Origin: Macrostomum hystrix
Taxonomy: Eukaryota; Animalia; Platyhelminthes
Reading direction: 5' to 3'
Length of the DNA: 64,000 nucleotides
NCBI GenBank assembly: GCA_950097015.1
Contig: CATNEN010000039.1
Coordinates: 3,782,001-3,846,000, forward strand
Of this stretch, positions 37,088-49,083 are shown piece by piece. The notes under the pieces are model-generated. The model made no database searches. It was not told the DNA's origin and saw only the letters and a program-made list of their open reading frames with translations. The first letter of the stretch is position 1; each line of letters begins with the position of its first letter. The position numbers and the translations under genes were made by a program.

Positions 37088-37177
37088 ACGATTACTATTT
37101 TCCAGTTTCTTATGTTTCAACCAGACTTGAATTGTTTTGATATTTGATTTCAACCGCTGAACTCGTTGAATTCACAG

Positions 37178-37200
37178 ATGAGCCGCCAGCAGAGAACTAG
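37178..37200 (+). CDS. Gene 1 short last coding exon (DEPPAEN*)
   Basis: Acceptor TTCACAG ends 37177; phase-1 entry; TAG at 37198-37200. Confidence 0.6.
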
Positions 37201-40200
37201 CAACTTGGAGCCGCCGGGCGCCCATCTGAATGCCCCTGCTAAAGTGGCTGACAGCTAATCAATACTTTAGCCTCATATATTTTACTTTGGATTGGTGCGT
37301 CTGTGTTCAGACTATTGTTGCCTATATTATTAACTTCTATGTTTAAAGCTTGGTTACCTTATCACCTAGAGTGCGCAATAGCAATTATACTATCATTTTT
37401 AGTCTCAACTTTATCAAAACTATGAGTGTGGCACATTTAAAGCCCTTCAACTTGACTTTTCAGTTTCCCTTTGTTCTGTCTCACCTGTGCATGTTGTCAC
37501 TGCAACGGGCCACCTACTTAATATTCTATAGCTCATTAAAAATACATTTTATCGCTCTAGTAGTTATATTTTTACCTTACTTATTCTACTGTCACTACTA
37601 TGGAAATCAATCGACCAGTAGTATCCATCGAATTTTACAGTTCACCGAATACTTATTGAAGGCTGAATATCTTTTTTAGTGTAGCTTGTATTCCCCTAAC
37701 CCTAAAGCAATATACTTGATTTATAAGACAAGCAATCGTTCCGCTTTTATCGTATGCAATTTTTTAAAGCTAGACTAATTTTAGTAGTCTCTTTTCTATT
37801 CTTTTCAGTTGTCTACTGCAGTGGCTTTCTGTTTAGGCAATGAGTCTTGTTTTTATTTTAACCGTTTAATAAAATTCTCTGTGTTAAGATCAGGTACACA
37901 TAATACTAACTTCACATTAAGTAGTAATTCTTGTCAGCTAGTTTCATCAGAGCGTAAAGTTTTAATCTTACAAATTTTGCCCCAATCCCTACTGGTTGAT
38001 TGGTGAAATTCGGTCGAATCCAATTTTCGCAATACACAAGTATGTGCTTGTACATGTATGTACATGTACACTGATGCAGATAAATTAACGAGTGCGGAAA
38101 ATACTTGGACTTATTTTCGTGCATTTAATGGGGTTAGTCTGTTTACAATTGCACTGAGACAAATTTTTAGATTGTAACCGAGACAAATACTCCGGTTATA
38201 AAAAACATAACCGCTTGAGCAAACGTTGCGCAAGTCACTTTGATGAGCACTTTCCTTGTGTCTAAAGTAATTTTAGTCAAAACGTTGACCGTAGTAAAAT
38301 TGTCTTTAAAGAAATTTGACAACAAAAACGACTAAAAAATTGCAACTCGTGAAATCATTAAGAATTTACTTTCAACCAATGACTCCTTGTATTCAGTCGA
38401 TACAGTCGACCCAATTTATAGCTGCACGCTCGGAGACCTCGGTTTTAACTTTTTAAGTCAAATTAATTGCTTGTTTTTTTCAGATGCAAGTAATTATATG
38501 TGTTATAGTTTTTTAAATAAAACTAGTGAGCATGCAGATAAAACTATTTTCTCTACAAATCTAGATTTAGCTAAAAAGGGTTTGTTTAAAGTCAGCTGTC
38601 TTTTTTAACATTCCGGTGTTATAGCCAAAGTCAGCCTTCCAATACTATAGTCCCTACTTTGCCCAGGCAATAGTCGTAGTTGAAGTAATTGTACTTTTTG
38701 TGCCCTTACAATACTTTTGGTTATTTAAGTTAGCTATTTAAAAATGTAAATTAGCAATGTAGCCTAGGTCTAAAATATGTTATTATAGAAAAAAAGAAAT
38801 AAAGAGTGTGGCAATGTCATTACTGGCTTTATCTTTAGGACGATTTTTAATACTTGTTAAAACCTAAGGATGTGGTTATGCTAGTCTTTGTGTGCTGTCA
38901 GTGTTGGTCATTCATAGTATAGACCTAGCTATTCTCGTCTATAAAGTTATTTAGTTAACAAGTTGTTTAGTATGGTCATATGGACAACTTTTACATACAG
39001 AGACAGCTATCATAGAATGATAGAAGTAAGGAAGTTAGCTTAGAAGTTAAGATAGGCCTAGGTAGACCTAAATTTAATATTTCTAAGTCCTTAAGCCTTT
39101 GTAGGGCTATAGTAAATGTTTGTTTAAGATTTGGCAATGGTTTGAAAGTAGCTAGGGTAATATATCATCAGCCAAACAAGAATGTGTATTTTTTTAACTT
39201 CGAACCTAAGCTACAAATTTTCTATTCTGATTAATGATGATAAATCAAAAGCCAAGTTATAGAAAACATTTATAACTTTCTAAAAAGTATCTGCTTTTGC
39301 TATTTTGTCAAATAGGAAAAAAGTTTTTCGTGTCTTTCATCTAAAACCGAACAATGATTTTCATGTAGGCCTATCTTCAAACTGAATGGAGAATTTGATG
39401 TTCGGTTTCACAATTTGAGTGAGTGGTTAAATCTTATTTTAAGGATTGAACTATCATGAATTATGCCATTTGAAAGCATTTTTCATTGTCTATAAATAAC
39501 TATATTTATGGTCTTTTAATTGGAAAACAACCACATACAATCTTAGTCTAAAGTACATGCTGATAAAATGTTGTTAAAAAGTATGCTTTTGAGATAAAAA
39601 TTTCTACTGAAATGACCATATCTTTCCTTCCTCTTAATGCTTGATTGCATATCATGCCTCAGCTTGTAGATAGTTTCTTTGACTTTTAAATTAGTTGTTC
39701 TGTGAAACACAATAGCTTGTTTCTGTCTTATATGAGACCAAGGAAGGAGTCAACATTCTTGTTCGGTTTTGAAGATACACTGTTTGGTTGATGATACATT
39801 ACCCTACTTATACAGTCTTGTTTCTTAACAGTTTTTATAGGCCTAGCTCTTCAGCTTAGGCCTACTTTTTGCAGTGAAGTGGCCTAGCATTCCTTCTTTA
39901 TCTTTGTAGTGTAGCTAGTTCCTTCCTGTTAATGTTTTATACCAATAGAAGGTAAATACTTGTTCTAGCTACAATTGACACCAAAAACAAACTAAAACAG
40001 AAGAACCTGAGTTTTCAGCCATACATAGGGTATATTCTGTTGGCAAATATGAAGTATGAAGTTTCATATCTCATATGAAGTTCATTCATAATCATTTCTG
40101 CCTAAAACTAATAGGCCCTAACCCCTCTTTTATATTTTTCTATATGTTTAGCCTTATTATTGTTATTGTATTGTTTGATATTTATGTAAAATTAAAATTG

Positions 40201-41871
40201 AAAAAACTGCTGAAACCATATGCTTTTTGTAAAGCTTAGAAGTTTTATTGGTAACTAATTGTATATTTAAAGTAATTTTAAACTAGGGCCTAAATCTTTT
40301 AGCTAACAGCATTTATTTATTTATTGTTTCTGTATATTTAGGTAACTGTTTGAAAGAGTTTGACAAAAATAAAATTTTTCTTTTCATGAAATGATTGCTT
40401 CTTGCTTTTTTAACTATATAATATGTACATAACCATACAATGTGCCTTATAAGATATTCTGGCAATGTTCTATTTCCATTCGTTATATTATTTATTTGTT
40501 TGCAAACGACAGATAACGATAAAAAAACAAGTTTAACGGTAACAAAAAGTCAGTAGTTTGGTCAGACAGTTCTGAAAGTCTTGGTCAGTCTTTCTTCTTT
40601 CAAACTGGGTAAGTGCCTAATCCAGTAGTGGAGGGCACCAAAGCTATTCTTGGGGTATAGACGGCGCCATAAGAATTCTTTGAGGTGGCTTTCAAATAGA
40701 GCAGCACTTGTGCCATGCATTTGACGCAGCTTGACCTTCGCGAAATCTTCAGCTGCAGAATTTTTGTGCCTTAGCTTCCTGTTCCCCCATATTTGCCAGA
40801 TTTTGCCATAGACATAGATCCAAGTGTCAAGTCATGGCAAAGCCACGTCAGCACAACTTTATCAAACTCAGAATGCACGTGTGGCACAAATTCAAGCGAA
40901 AAAATAATATAACAAACAGAAGTAGAACATTGCCGATATTCTTTTATGCTAGTTTTCATGCAAAATTATATATATTGTGTAGTCATTCAAAATATTGCAA
41001 TTTTTTTATTTAAGACATATTTTAGGTTTTATAATCTCTTTACAACTTAATCTTAACCCTTTTCTAGTCATATGAAACAACACATCAAAAAGTACTTGCT
41101 TCATACTTCTGTTTTACAATCTTAACTTTTAACATCTTATTATTAGTTCTATTCACTTCTTCTCATATAAAATATGTCATCTGATCTTGTCTGACTCTGG
41201 TCTGAATACATATGGCTGTACTTTACCATTTCTAAAAATAGTTAATGTAGTTGCTACAGTTATAAAATAGTTTTGTATCTTTTAAAAAAGTGTCTAAACA
41301 CAAAATTTTAATTGTGCATATTAGCTGAAATCATACATGCGCAACACCTGGCCGACCTGGCCGAACCAGCCAGGTGAAACGAGGGCCAAGCAAGGTAAGT
41401 TGCAACAACCAATCGACCAAGGGCAAAAAAATCAAAGGGGGGACCAAGGGACAAAAAAGGAAGGCGTGAAGAAAAGGAAAAAGGGGAGAGAAAAAAGAGC
41501 AAATGAGAGCAAACTAAGTCGTAAATAGAGCAAAAACTAAGTTGCACGGCCGGCTAAGATTTGGGAGGTTGCACATGTATGGCTGAAATGACTATTAGAA
41601 ACCTAACAAGCAAAATAGTCAGTGTTTATTATTAATAAATGTTTCACTTCTTTTTTCATAAGACCAATGCTTCAATGCTTTAAAATGCTATTTTTATGTA
41701 CTTTAACAATTAATGACATTGTTAATGCCCTATCTTCAGGCGTAACAGTCAACAGAGGTCATTGCACATTCCAATTCTGAAAGAGCGATTTGTTTGTGGG
41801 AGAGCAGTTTAAGAGATCAATTGGGTTAAGATAAATAAGGTAAATCAAAAAAGTATTGCAATAAACAACTG

Positions 41872-42911
41872 ATGGCCAGTCACCTCGATTCTGGCCTGGA
41901 CGATCGGTTAGGAGAAGAAGACGAAGATGAGGATTTGGCGGCTGCCGAGGCTGAGGCGGACGCTCTCGACAATGAGCAGTTCCGGGAGCAGCACGCGGTG
42001 AAGATAATCCAGCGCTATTATCGCGGCTACAAATTGCGCAAAGATTTTGAACAGATGCGCGCCGACAAGCGCTGCTCCAGGAGGCTAGATCTCGGCGCTC
42101 TTGGCGCGGCGGACATGTCTGACAGCGCCGTCGACGTCACTGCGCTCAGCATCGACCAGGCGCCGTCGCAAAAGCAACAGCTGCAGGAGCCGCTGCAGAA
42201 TTTTAAGTCTAAGAAGCAGCACCAGAAAAATCACCCGATTCAACATCCCCGACACCAACATCGGCACAACTCCCTCGATGATATTCTTGTTGGCAATGAC
42301 GAAGCATTTCAAGCCTGGCAGCGAAGCCTGCAACCATTGGGTGTCGGCGGAAGCTCTGGAGCCGTCGTCGGCGGCGGAAGCGGCGGCGATGGAGACTCGC
42401 CTGGGCAGGACAGTGGAATTCACAGCAGCGAACAGCTGGTGGCTGCGGCTGCTTCGTCCACGCCTTCGCGACCTGCGTCTCTTTCTCACTCCCAGCAACA
42501 GCAGCAGCGTCCGCCTTTGGTTAAGCGTTGTCACTCTTGCTCAGCCGCCGCCGCTGCGGCTGCTGCAGCAGCGACAGCCGCGTCTTCCACGGAATTTTCC
42601 TCCTCAGGATTGGCACAAAAGCAGCAGCTGCAGAAGCAGAGGCAGAATCAGCAGCAGTTGTTAAGCGCACAGATGCCTCCGTCGGCTTCAGCTTCGGCTG
42701 TTGTAGCCGCCGCTGTCGGACTCCCTCTTGGCAATGGCAGCACCAGCTCTGGCGGTGTATGTCGCCAGCATCAGCATCATCACCAACATCAGCATCAACA
42801 CCAGCAGCAGCAGCAGCAGAAGCTTCCACCGGCCTCCTACGCAGCGCACTACAGTCACAACGATCAGCTGCGCAAGCGGACCTATCGCATCGGCTTAAAT
42901 TTCTTCAACAG
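41872..42911 (+). CDS. IQSEC: IQSEC/BRAG ArfGEF exon 1 (IQ motif, low-complexity linker, start of Sec7)
   Basis: HAVKIIQRYYRGYKLRKDFEQM (IQ) and LRKRTYRIGLNFFNR (IQSEC Sec7 start); in-frame stop upstream at 41836; donor at 42912, phase 2. Confidence 0.9.
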
Positions 42912-43745
42912 GTAGAGCTCCCTTACTAGTGTGCTTTTTGTTCACTGACCAGTTAATATAATAGTTTCATTAACAGTGGAAGTGCGACTAAAAGTCTGGG
43001 CGGAAGCTGTAGGTTCTAAGTTCAAATCCACTCCGGTGTGGGGGCACGTCCATCTTGAAAAAGTCAGCCGCGAATATGTTTCAGTTTATTTTTGTGAGGC
43101 CAACTCCTGAGGCACTGCGAGTCTGTACTCCGTAGTCCAGGGCAGAATAATAGAGTAAATAGTAATGAAAAGGAATGGCCTCTTTGCTGGCTGAGCTCGA
43201 CTGTCTCTAGAAAATTTAATTATTAAGCGCGCGATTTTTCGCTGAAAGCCGAGAACAGCTGCCGGGTAAGCTGCCACCTGCGTCTCCGGTGACCCGGCAC
43301 TTGCCTGCTAAACAATTTCCAGCATCAATTGTGTCCTGTCAGAAAACACAGTACATCCGTTGCTGGCAGAGTAAGGCAGATGTCATATTTATTGTTAGTA
43401 GTAGAAGGTCTCTAGATATCAGCATTTAGCTCTCCCTCTCTCTCTCTCCTTAAGAAAGGCGTCAATTAATTGCACTGCAGCTAAAATTGATTGCCAATGT
43501 TTAGTCCGCCAGACTTTGTGCGGATAGTAACCTTCGGCCCCAACTGTCACTGTTTGCTGCTATGAAATGCTTGCTGTTTTTATCTAAAATAGCTTAGCTT
43601 CTAATGGAGGCCACATTGTGCCAGCTAGTTATGGCGCGACCTAGCAAACTGAACTCTATTTTTAGCATCAGTTTCAATAAGTAAGCAAAATCATCGCAAC
43701 GAAAGATTTTTTGCCAGACACTGAACTTCGAATTAGATGGATTAC

Positions 43746-44056
43746 TGGAATCGGCCGAGTGCACCCCAATCCCTATGGAATCTGCCGGGTGAACCCCAAT
43801 CCCTGGGAAATATACCGAGTGCACCCCAATCCCTATGGAATCTGCCGCGTGAACCCCAATCCCTGTGAAATCTGCCGAGTGCACCCCAATCCCTATGGAA
43901 TCTGCCGAGTGCACCCCAATCTCTATGGAATCTGCCGAGTGCACCCCAATCCCTATGGAATCTGCCGAGTCCACCCCAATCTCTATGGAATCTGCCGAGT
44001 CCACCCCAATCTCTATGGAATCTTCCGAGTCCACCCCAATCCCTATGGAATCTTCC
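43746..44056. repeat. Minisatellite, 30-bp unit GAGTGCACCCCAATCCCTATGGAATCTGCC, ~10 copies (IQSEC intron 1)
   Basis: Direct inspection. Confidence 0.92.
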
Positions 44057-44083
44057 AAAAGTACCGACAACGAGAAGAAAGAT

Positions 44084-44258
44084 AAAGTCAGGGCAGATTC
44101 ACACACCTGTGTGATTGTGTGCCTGCGTACAGTATCTGTGTGCGTGTGTGCTCAGAAGTCAGCGAAAATTTCAGAATTGCCTTCTCGCTGGCTGCGGGTC
44201 CAGTGTCACCAAATAATGGGCCAGTGCCCGCAGCCCTGCTGTAAACAATATTATTATT
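44084..44258 (+). mobile_element. 5'-truncated copy of the tRNA-derived SINE
   Basis: AAAGTCAGGGCAGAT...CTCGCTGGCTGCGGGTCCAGTGTCACCAAA...GCCCGCAGCCCT...ATTATTATT matches the 3' half of the element at 58083-58446. Confidence 0.8.
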
Positions 44259-44353
44259 GACCATTGGGCTACAAGTTCCCAGTAGCATGTACATCTAATT
44301 AAAACTATTTTCATGCCGCTAAGCCATCCCGCTCGAAATTTTGAAATTCGCAG

Positions 44354-44600
44354 GAAACCGGACAAGGGCATCCAGTTCCTAATCGAGCACCATTTCATCC
44401 AGAACAGTCCCTCCGCGGTGGCCCGATTTCTCCTACACAGAAAAGGCCTTTGCAAACAGGTGATCTCAAACTACCTAGGCCAGTGCCACTCGTCTGCCTT
44501 TGTTAATCGGGTCTGCGACAACTTTTTAAACGATTTCAACTTTGCCGGCAAACCGTTGGACATTGCGCTAAGAGAGTTTCTGCAGTTTATCGAAATCAAG
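44354..44600 (+). CDS. IQSEC: IQSEC exon 2 (Sec7)
   Basis: KPDKGIQFLIEHHF...ARFLLHRKGLCKQVISNYLG...LDIALREFLQFIEIK; phase 2/0. Confidence 0.93.
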
Positions 44601-44722
44601 GTTAGTCTGGTCTGGGGAATGGTATTTGTTGATGTGTTAAATACAAAAATATCACTCAGATAATTTTCTTTAGCGACAGAACCTCATCATATCTTGGTTA
44701 ATAAAATTGCTAAAACGTGCTA

Positions 44723-45037
44723 GCGATTCCTCCAGTGTAGAGGCGATTCCTTCGAGGGTAGAGGCGATTCCTCCAGTGTAGAGGCGATTCCTTCGAGGGT
44801 AGAGGCGATTCCTCCAGTGTAGAGGCGATTCCTCCAGTGTAGAGGCGATTCCTTCGAGGGTAGAGGCGATTCCTCCAGTGTAGAGGCGATTCCTCCAGTG
44901 TAGAGGCGATTCCTTCGAGGGTAGAGGCGATTCCTCCAGTGTAGAGGCGATTCCTTCGAGGGTAGAGGCGATTCCTCCAGTGTAGAGGCGATTCCTTCGA
45001 GGGTAAAGGCGATTCCTCCAGTGTAGAGGCGATTCCT
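44723..45037. repeat. Minisatellite of two interleaved 20-22-bp variants (GTAGAGGCGATTCCTCCAGT / GTAGAGGCGATTCCTTCGAGG)
   Basis: Direct inspection; IQSEC intron 2. Confidence 0.92.
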
Positions 45038-45041
45038 CGAG

Positions 45042-45497
45042 TCTCGAATGACCGAAACAGTCTCTAACAACCCAAACGCTTCTCGAATGACCCAGTCTCT
45101 AATGGCCCAAACGCTTCTCGAATGACCCAAACAGTCTCTAATGACTTAAATGCTTCTCGAATGACCCAAACAGTCTCTAATGACCCAAACGCTTCTCGAA
45201 TGACCCAAACAGTCTCTAATGTCCCAAACGCTTCTCGAATGACCCAAACAGTCTCTAATGTCCCAAACGCTTCTCGAATGACCCAGTCTCTAATGTCCCA
45301 AACGCTTCTCGAATGACCCAAACAGTCACTAATGACTTAAATGCTTCTCGAATGACCCAAACAGTCACTAATGACTTAAATGCTTCTCGAATGACCCAAA
45401 CAGTCTCTAATGACCCAAACGCTTCTCGAATGACCCAAACAGTCTCTAATGACCCAAACAGTCTCTAATGGCCCAAACGCTTCTCTAATGACCTAAA
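45042..45497. repeat. Minisatellite, ~39-bp unit GCTTCTCGAATGACCCAAACAGTCTCTAATGACCCAAAC
   Basis: Direct inspection; abuts the previous array. Confidence 0.9.
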
Positions 45498-46269
45498 TGT
45501 TACTCTTACTTCTCTATTCTCTCTGTAGCATCGTCTAATATTACAAACATCATCGTCAGTGACATATTTGACGCGTTAAAATTGCGGAGTCGCTTAGTTG
45601 AATCGGTTTGCACCTGTATTTGCGTTACATTTTCTGGAAAATACTTTTTACGTCGGTATGGTTTTTATTGACTCTAACATATAACTGCTGTATATCGGTT
45701 ATGTTCTCAGAGAATCTAGGCTGCTCAACTTATACCTTCTCCCTGGCCATGAGATATTGAGGCCTTGGCTAGGGGCCGTGGAATTCTGATTTAGCCCCTG
45801 ATTGGATTGCGTTTCTAGCCTCACTTGTGGCACCCCGCCCCGTCCCTCATCTCATACTGTCCTACCCATCTATATGGGTCCCTGCCTCTTTCTGCTGGCC
45901 CTTACTAGCTGGCCTTCGTAGAAGACGTACTGTTGGCGAAAGCAGCGGGTGAGATAAGGGAATGAGAGTTCATCTCTTATTTTTCCTTGATCTTCTTATT
46001 CTCCAATGGCAGTGGTACCAGGAGTCAATCGATACAGTAGTGACAGATACTCAGCTAGTGTACCGATATGGTTCCACCTCTAGTGTTGCCTGGATCAATA
46101 CTTATTATCTTTTCCCTTTGAGATGCATTCACGCAAACATCTGACTAGCTGTTGCTCATGGCTAAAATAAGCTGTCCTAATCAATAAGTTGCTTTTCCTT
46201 CACAATAGTGCTTTACCTAGCCTATTCGTTCCTTTAGTTCCAAAAGTGCAGATACTGTATAATTAAGTA

Positions 46270-46751
46270 AATCACTCTATTCTGTACACATGTTCCTAGC
46301 CAATCACTCTATTGTGTACACATGTTCCTAGCCAATCACTCTATTGTGTACACATGTTCCTAGCCAATCACTCTATTGTGTACACATGTTCCTAGCCAAT
46401 CACTCTATTGTGTACACATGTTCCTAGCCAATCACTCTATTGTGTACACATGTTCCTAGCCAATCACTCTATTGTGTACACATGTTCCTAGCCAATCACT
46501 CTATTGTGTACACATGTTCCTAGCCAATCACTCTATTGTGTACACATGTTCCTAGCCAATCACTCTATTGTGTACACATGCTCCTAGCCAATCACTCTAT
46601 TGTGTACACATGTTCCTAGCCAATCACTCTATTGTGTACACATGTTCCTAGCCAATCACTCTATTGTGTACACATGCTCCTAGCCAATCACTCTATTGTG
46701 TACACATGCTCCTAGCCAATCACTCTATTGTGTACACATGTTCCTAGCCAA
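46270..46751. repeat. Minisatellite, 32-bp unit AGCCAATCACTCTATTGTGTACACATGTTCCT, ~15 copies
   Basis: Direct inspection; IQSEC intron 2. Confidence 0.95.
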
Positions 46752-46848
46752 CCACTACTTAAAGACCAATCAGTTTTGCGCACACCACCCAGTCAATCGC
46801 ATTCTGCAACCGGTGTACAATCACTTTTAACCAATTATATTTATTCAG

Positions 46849-47157
46849 GGCGAGGCCCAAGTTGTCAGCCGCATCCTGGAGAAATTCGCCAATCGCTACA
46901 TCGCCTCCAATGCCGCCTGGATAGCCGAAAAATTTCAAGACAGCGACGTCATTCACCTGCTAGTGTTCGCTGTGATGATGCTAAACACGGATCTGCACAA
47001 CATGAATAACAAGAAGAAAATCACTCTGCGTGAGTTCATCCACAATCTGCGCGGCTGCGACTCCGGCTCCGACCTGGCCGACACCCAGATGCTCGCCGAA
47101 TTGTACGAGCGGATCAGGGCCGAGCCGCTAAGGGCCGGCAGCGACCATGTCACTCAG
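46849..47157 (+). CDS. IQSEC: IQSEC exon 3 (Sec7 catalytic region)
   Basis: GEAQVVSRILEKFANRY (glutamic finger), FAVMMLNTDLH, LYERIRAEPLRAGSDHVTQ; phase 0/0. Confidence 0.95.
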
Positions 47158-47189
47158 GTGGGGCTCAGATGTGTGGGATGAGAACAGCA

Positions 47190-47500
47190 GGTTAGGGATT
47201 TGGATAAGAGCAGAGTAGGGATAAAAGCAGGTTAGGAATTTGGATAAGAGCAGAGTAGGGATAGGAGCAGAATAGGGATTTGGATAAGAGCAGAGTAGGG
47301 ATAGGAGCAGAATAGGGATTTGGATAAGAGCAGATTAGGGATTTGGATAAGAGCAGACTAGGGATTTGGATAAGAGCAGAGTAGAGATAAGAGCAAAATA
47401 GGGATTTGGATAAGAGCAAAGTAGGGATATGAGCAGAGTTGGGATAAGAGCAGAGTAGGGATTTGGATAAGAGCAGAGTAGGGATTTGGATAAAAGAAGA
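47190..47500. repeat. Degenerate purine-rich repeat (GAGCAGAGTAGGGATTTGGATAA)
   Basis: Direct inspection; IQSEC intron 3. Confidence 0.85.
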
Positions 47501-47666
47501 GTATAGATGCTAGAATACTAGGGATTAGGATTAAAGAGTATTAGAGAATTTAATTAAAGCGGATTAGGGGTTTGGATTAGTGATGGGGTAAGGTAGGTGA
47601 GGATCTTAAGCAATTTTGAGTTGCTGCTAATTCCTAACTGCTGTCCCCACAATGCCCGCTGCTCAG

Positions 47667-47906
47667 GTGCTGAAGATGGAGGCGCAGCTGTACGGGCGCC
47701 ACCCGCCCTTGGCCGAGCCCCACAGGCGCCTGGTGTGCTTCTGCAAGCTGTCCCTTGTGAAGGACTGGAAAGGCCAGGGCAAGCCGCGCCAATCGGAGCG
47801 AGCCGTGTTTCTATTCAACGATCTGCTGATTGTCACCAAGTGTCTGGAAAGAAAGCGGCGAGTATTCTACCAGTACCGCGGCTCGCTGGGATTGCATCGA
47901 ATGCAG
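47667..47906 (+). CDS. IQSEC: IQSEC exon 4 (PH domain)
   Basis: LAEPHRRLVCFCKL...ERAVFLFNDLLIVTK, the IQSEC PH signature; phase 0/0. Confidence 0.95.
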
Positions 47907-48143
47907 GTGAGGCATCTTTTCAATGGCGGAGTAGCTGGACTTTTGGGATTTGGGAAGACAGCGTTCTGGAAGCACAATTATAGTAGAAAATTCCTATGGC
48001 AAGTAATTAGGGTAAGTGTTTAGGAATTATGGTTATCGGAACTGTACTTTCAAGGCAGGTGGAGTTAAATCCCACGTTTGGATTAGATTAGATGCCACGT
48101 TCTCTTGATCATATTCGACCCTACACGAAATCTGGTTCCAACC

Positions 48144-48678
48144 CTACTAGATCAGGCTCAAGATTCTACTAGATCAGGCTCAAGATTCTACTAGATCAGG
48201 CTCAAGATTCCACTAGATCAGGCTCAAGATTCCACTAGATCAGGCTCAAGATTCTACTAGATCAGGCTCAAGATTCTACTAGATCAGGCTCAAGATTCTA
48301 CTAGATCAGGCTCAAGATTCTACTAGATCAGGCTCAAGATTCTACTAGATCAGGCTCAAGATTCTACTAGATCAGGCTCAAGATTCTACTAGATCAGGCT
48401 CAAGATTCTACTAGATCAGGCTCAAGATTCTACTAGATCAGGCTCAAGATTCTACTAGATCAGGCTCAAGATTTCACTAGATCAGGCTCAAGATTTCACT
48501 AGATCAGGCTCAAGATTCCACTAGATCAGGCTCAAGATTTCACTAGATCAGCCTCAAGATTCCACTAGATCAGGCTCAAGATTTCACTAGATCAGGCTCA
48601 AGATTTCACTAGATCAGGCTCAAGATTCCACTAGATCAGGCTCAAGGTTCCACTAGATCAGGCTCAAGATTCAACTAG
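48144..48678. repeat. Minisatellite, 22-bp unit CTAGATCAGGCTCAAGATTCTA, ~24 copies
   Basis: Direct inspection; IQSEC intron 4. Confidence 0.95.
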
Positions 48679-48717
48679 GTGAAATTGCAATCTACTTGTG
48701 TCGAACCCCGCCAACAG

Positions 48718-49083
48718 GTATCATTCAGCGTGCCGGACCAGCCGCAGCTGAGCTATCCGATTCACATTGTGGCGGATCCTGACGGCTGCGATTTGGATTC
48801 CGCCGGCGGCTGCCACCACGACATGGTGTTTGCAGCTAGAAATTTTCACGACAGGTCGCGCTTCTGCGACGACCTAGTTGAGTCCATTCACGAAGTTGGC
48901 GACATGCAGCGATACGAGCGGACAATGTTCGCTGAGACTGCCACTCAGCAGCAACAGCAACAGCAGCATCAGAACCATCAACCGCCGGCTTGTCATCACC
49001 CGCCTACAGCTCGCCGAATGAGGTCAGCGAGCGGCGCATCGGGCAGTGCCACCGCAGCACAGGCGCCCGCAGCGGCAAAGTGA
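48718..49083 (+). CDS. IQSEC: IQSEC exon 5 (end of PH domain and C-terminus)
   Basis: FAARNFHDRSRFCDDLVESIHEV; TGA at 49081-49083; the five exons total 2202 nt (733 aa plus stop). Confidence 0.9.
   Translation, partial: VSFSVPDQPQLSYPIHIVADPDGCDLDSAGGCHHDMVFAARNFHDRSRFCDDLVESIHEVGDMQRYERTMFAETATQQQQQQQHQNHQPPACHHPPTARRMRSASGASGSATAAQAPAAAK

Noticed and set aside
38100-40550. AT-rich intergenic block that might be an old DNA transposon
   Set aside because: No convincing TIRs, TSD or ORF.
23273-42060. Adjacency of two IQ-motif genes as a functional cluster
   Set aside because: IQ motifs are common and the genes belong to unrelated families; no evidence beyond proximity.
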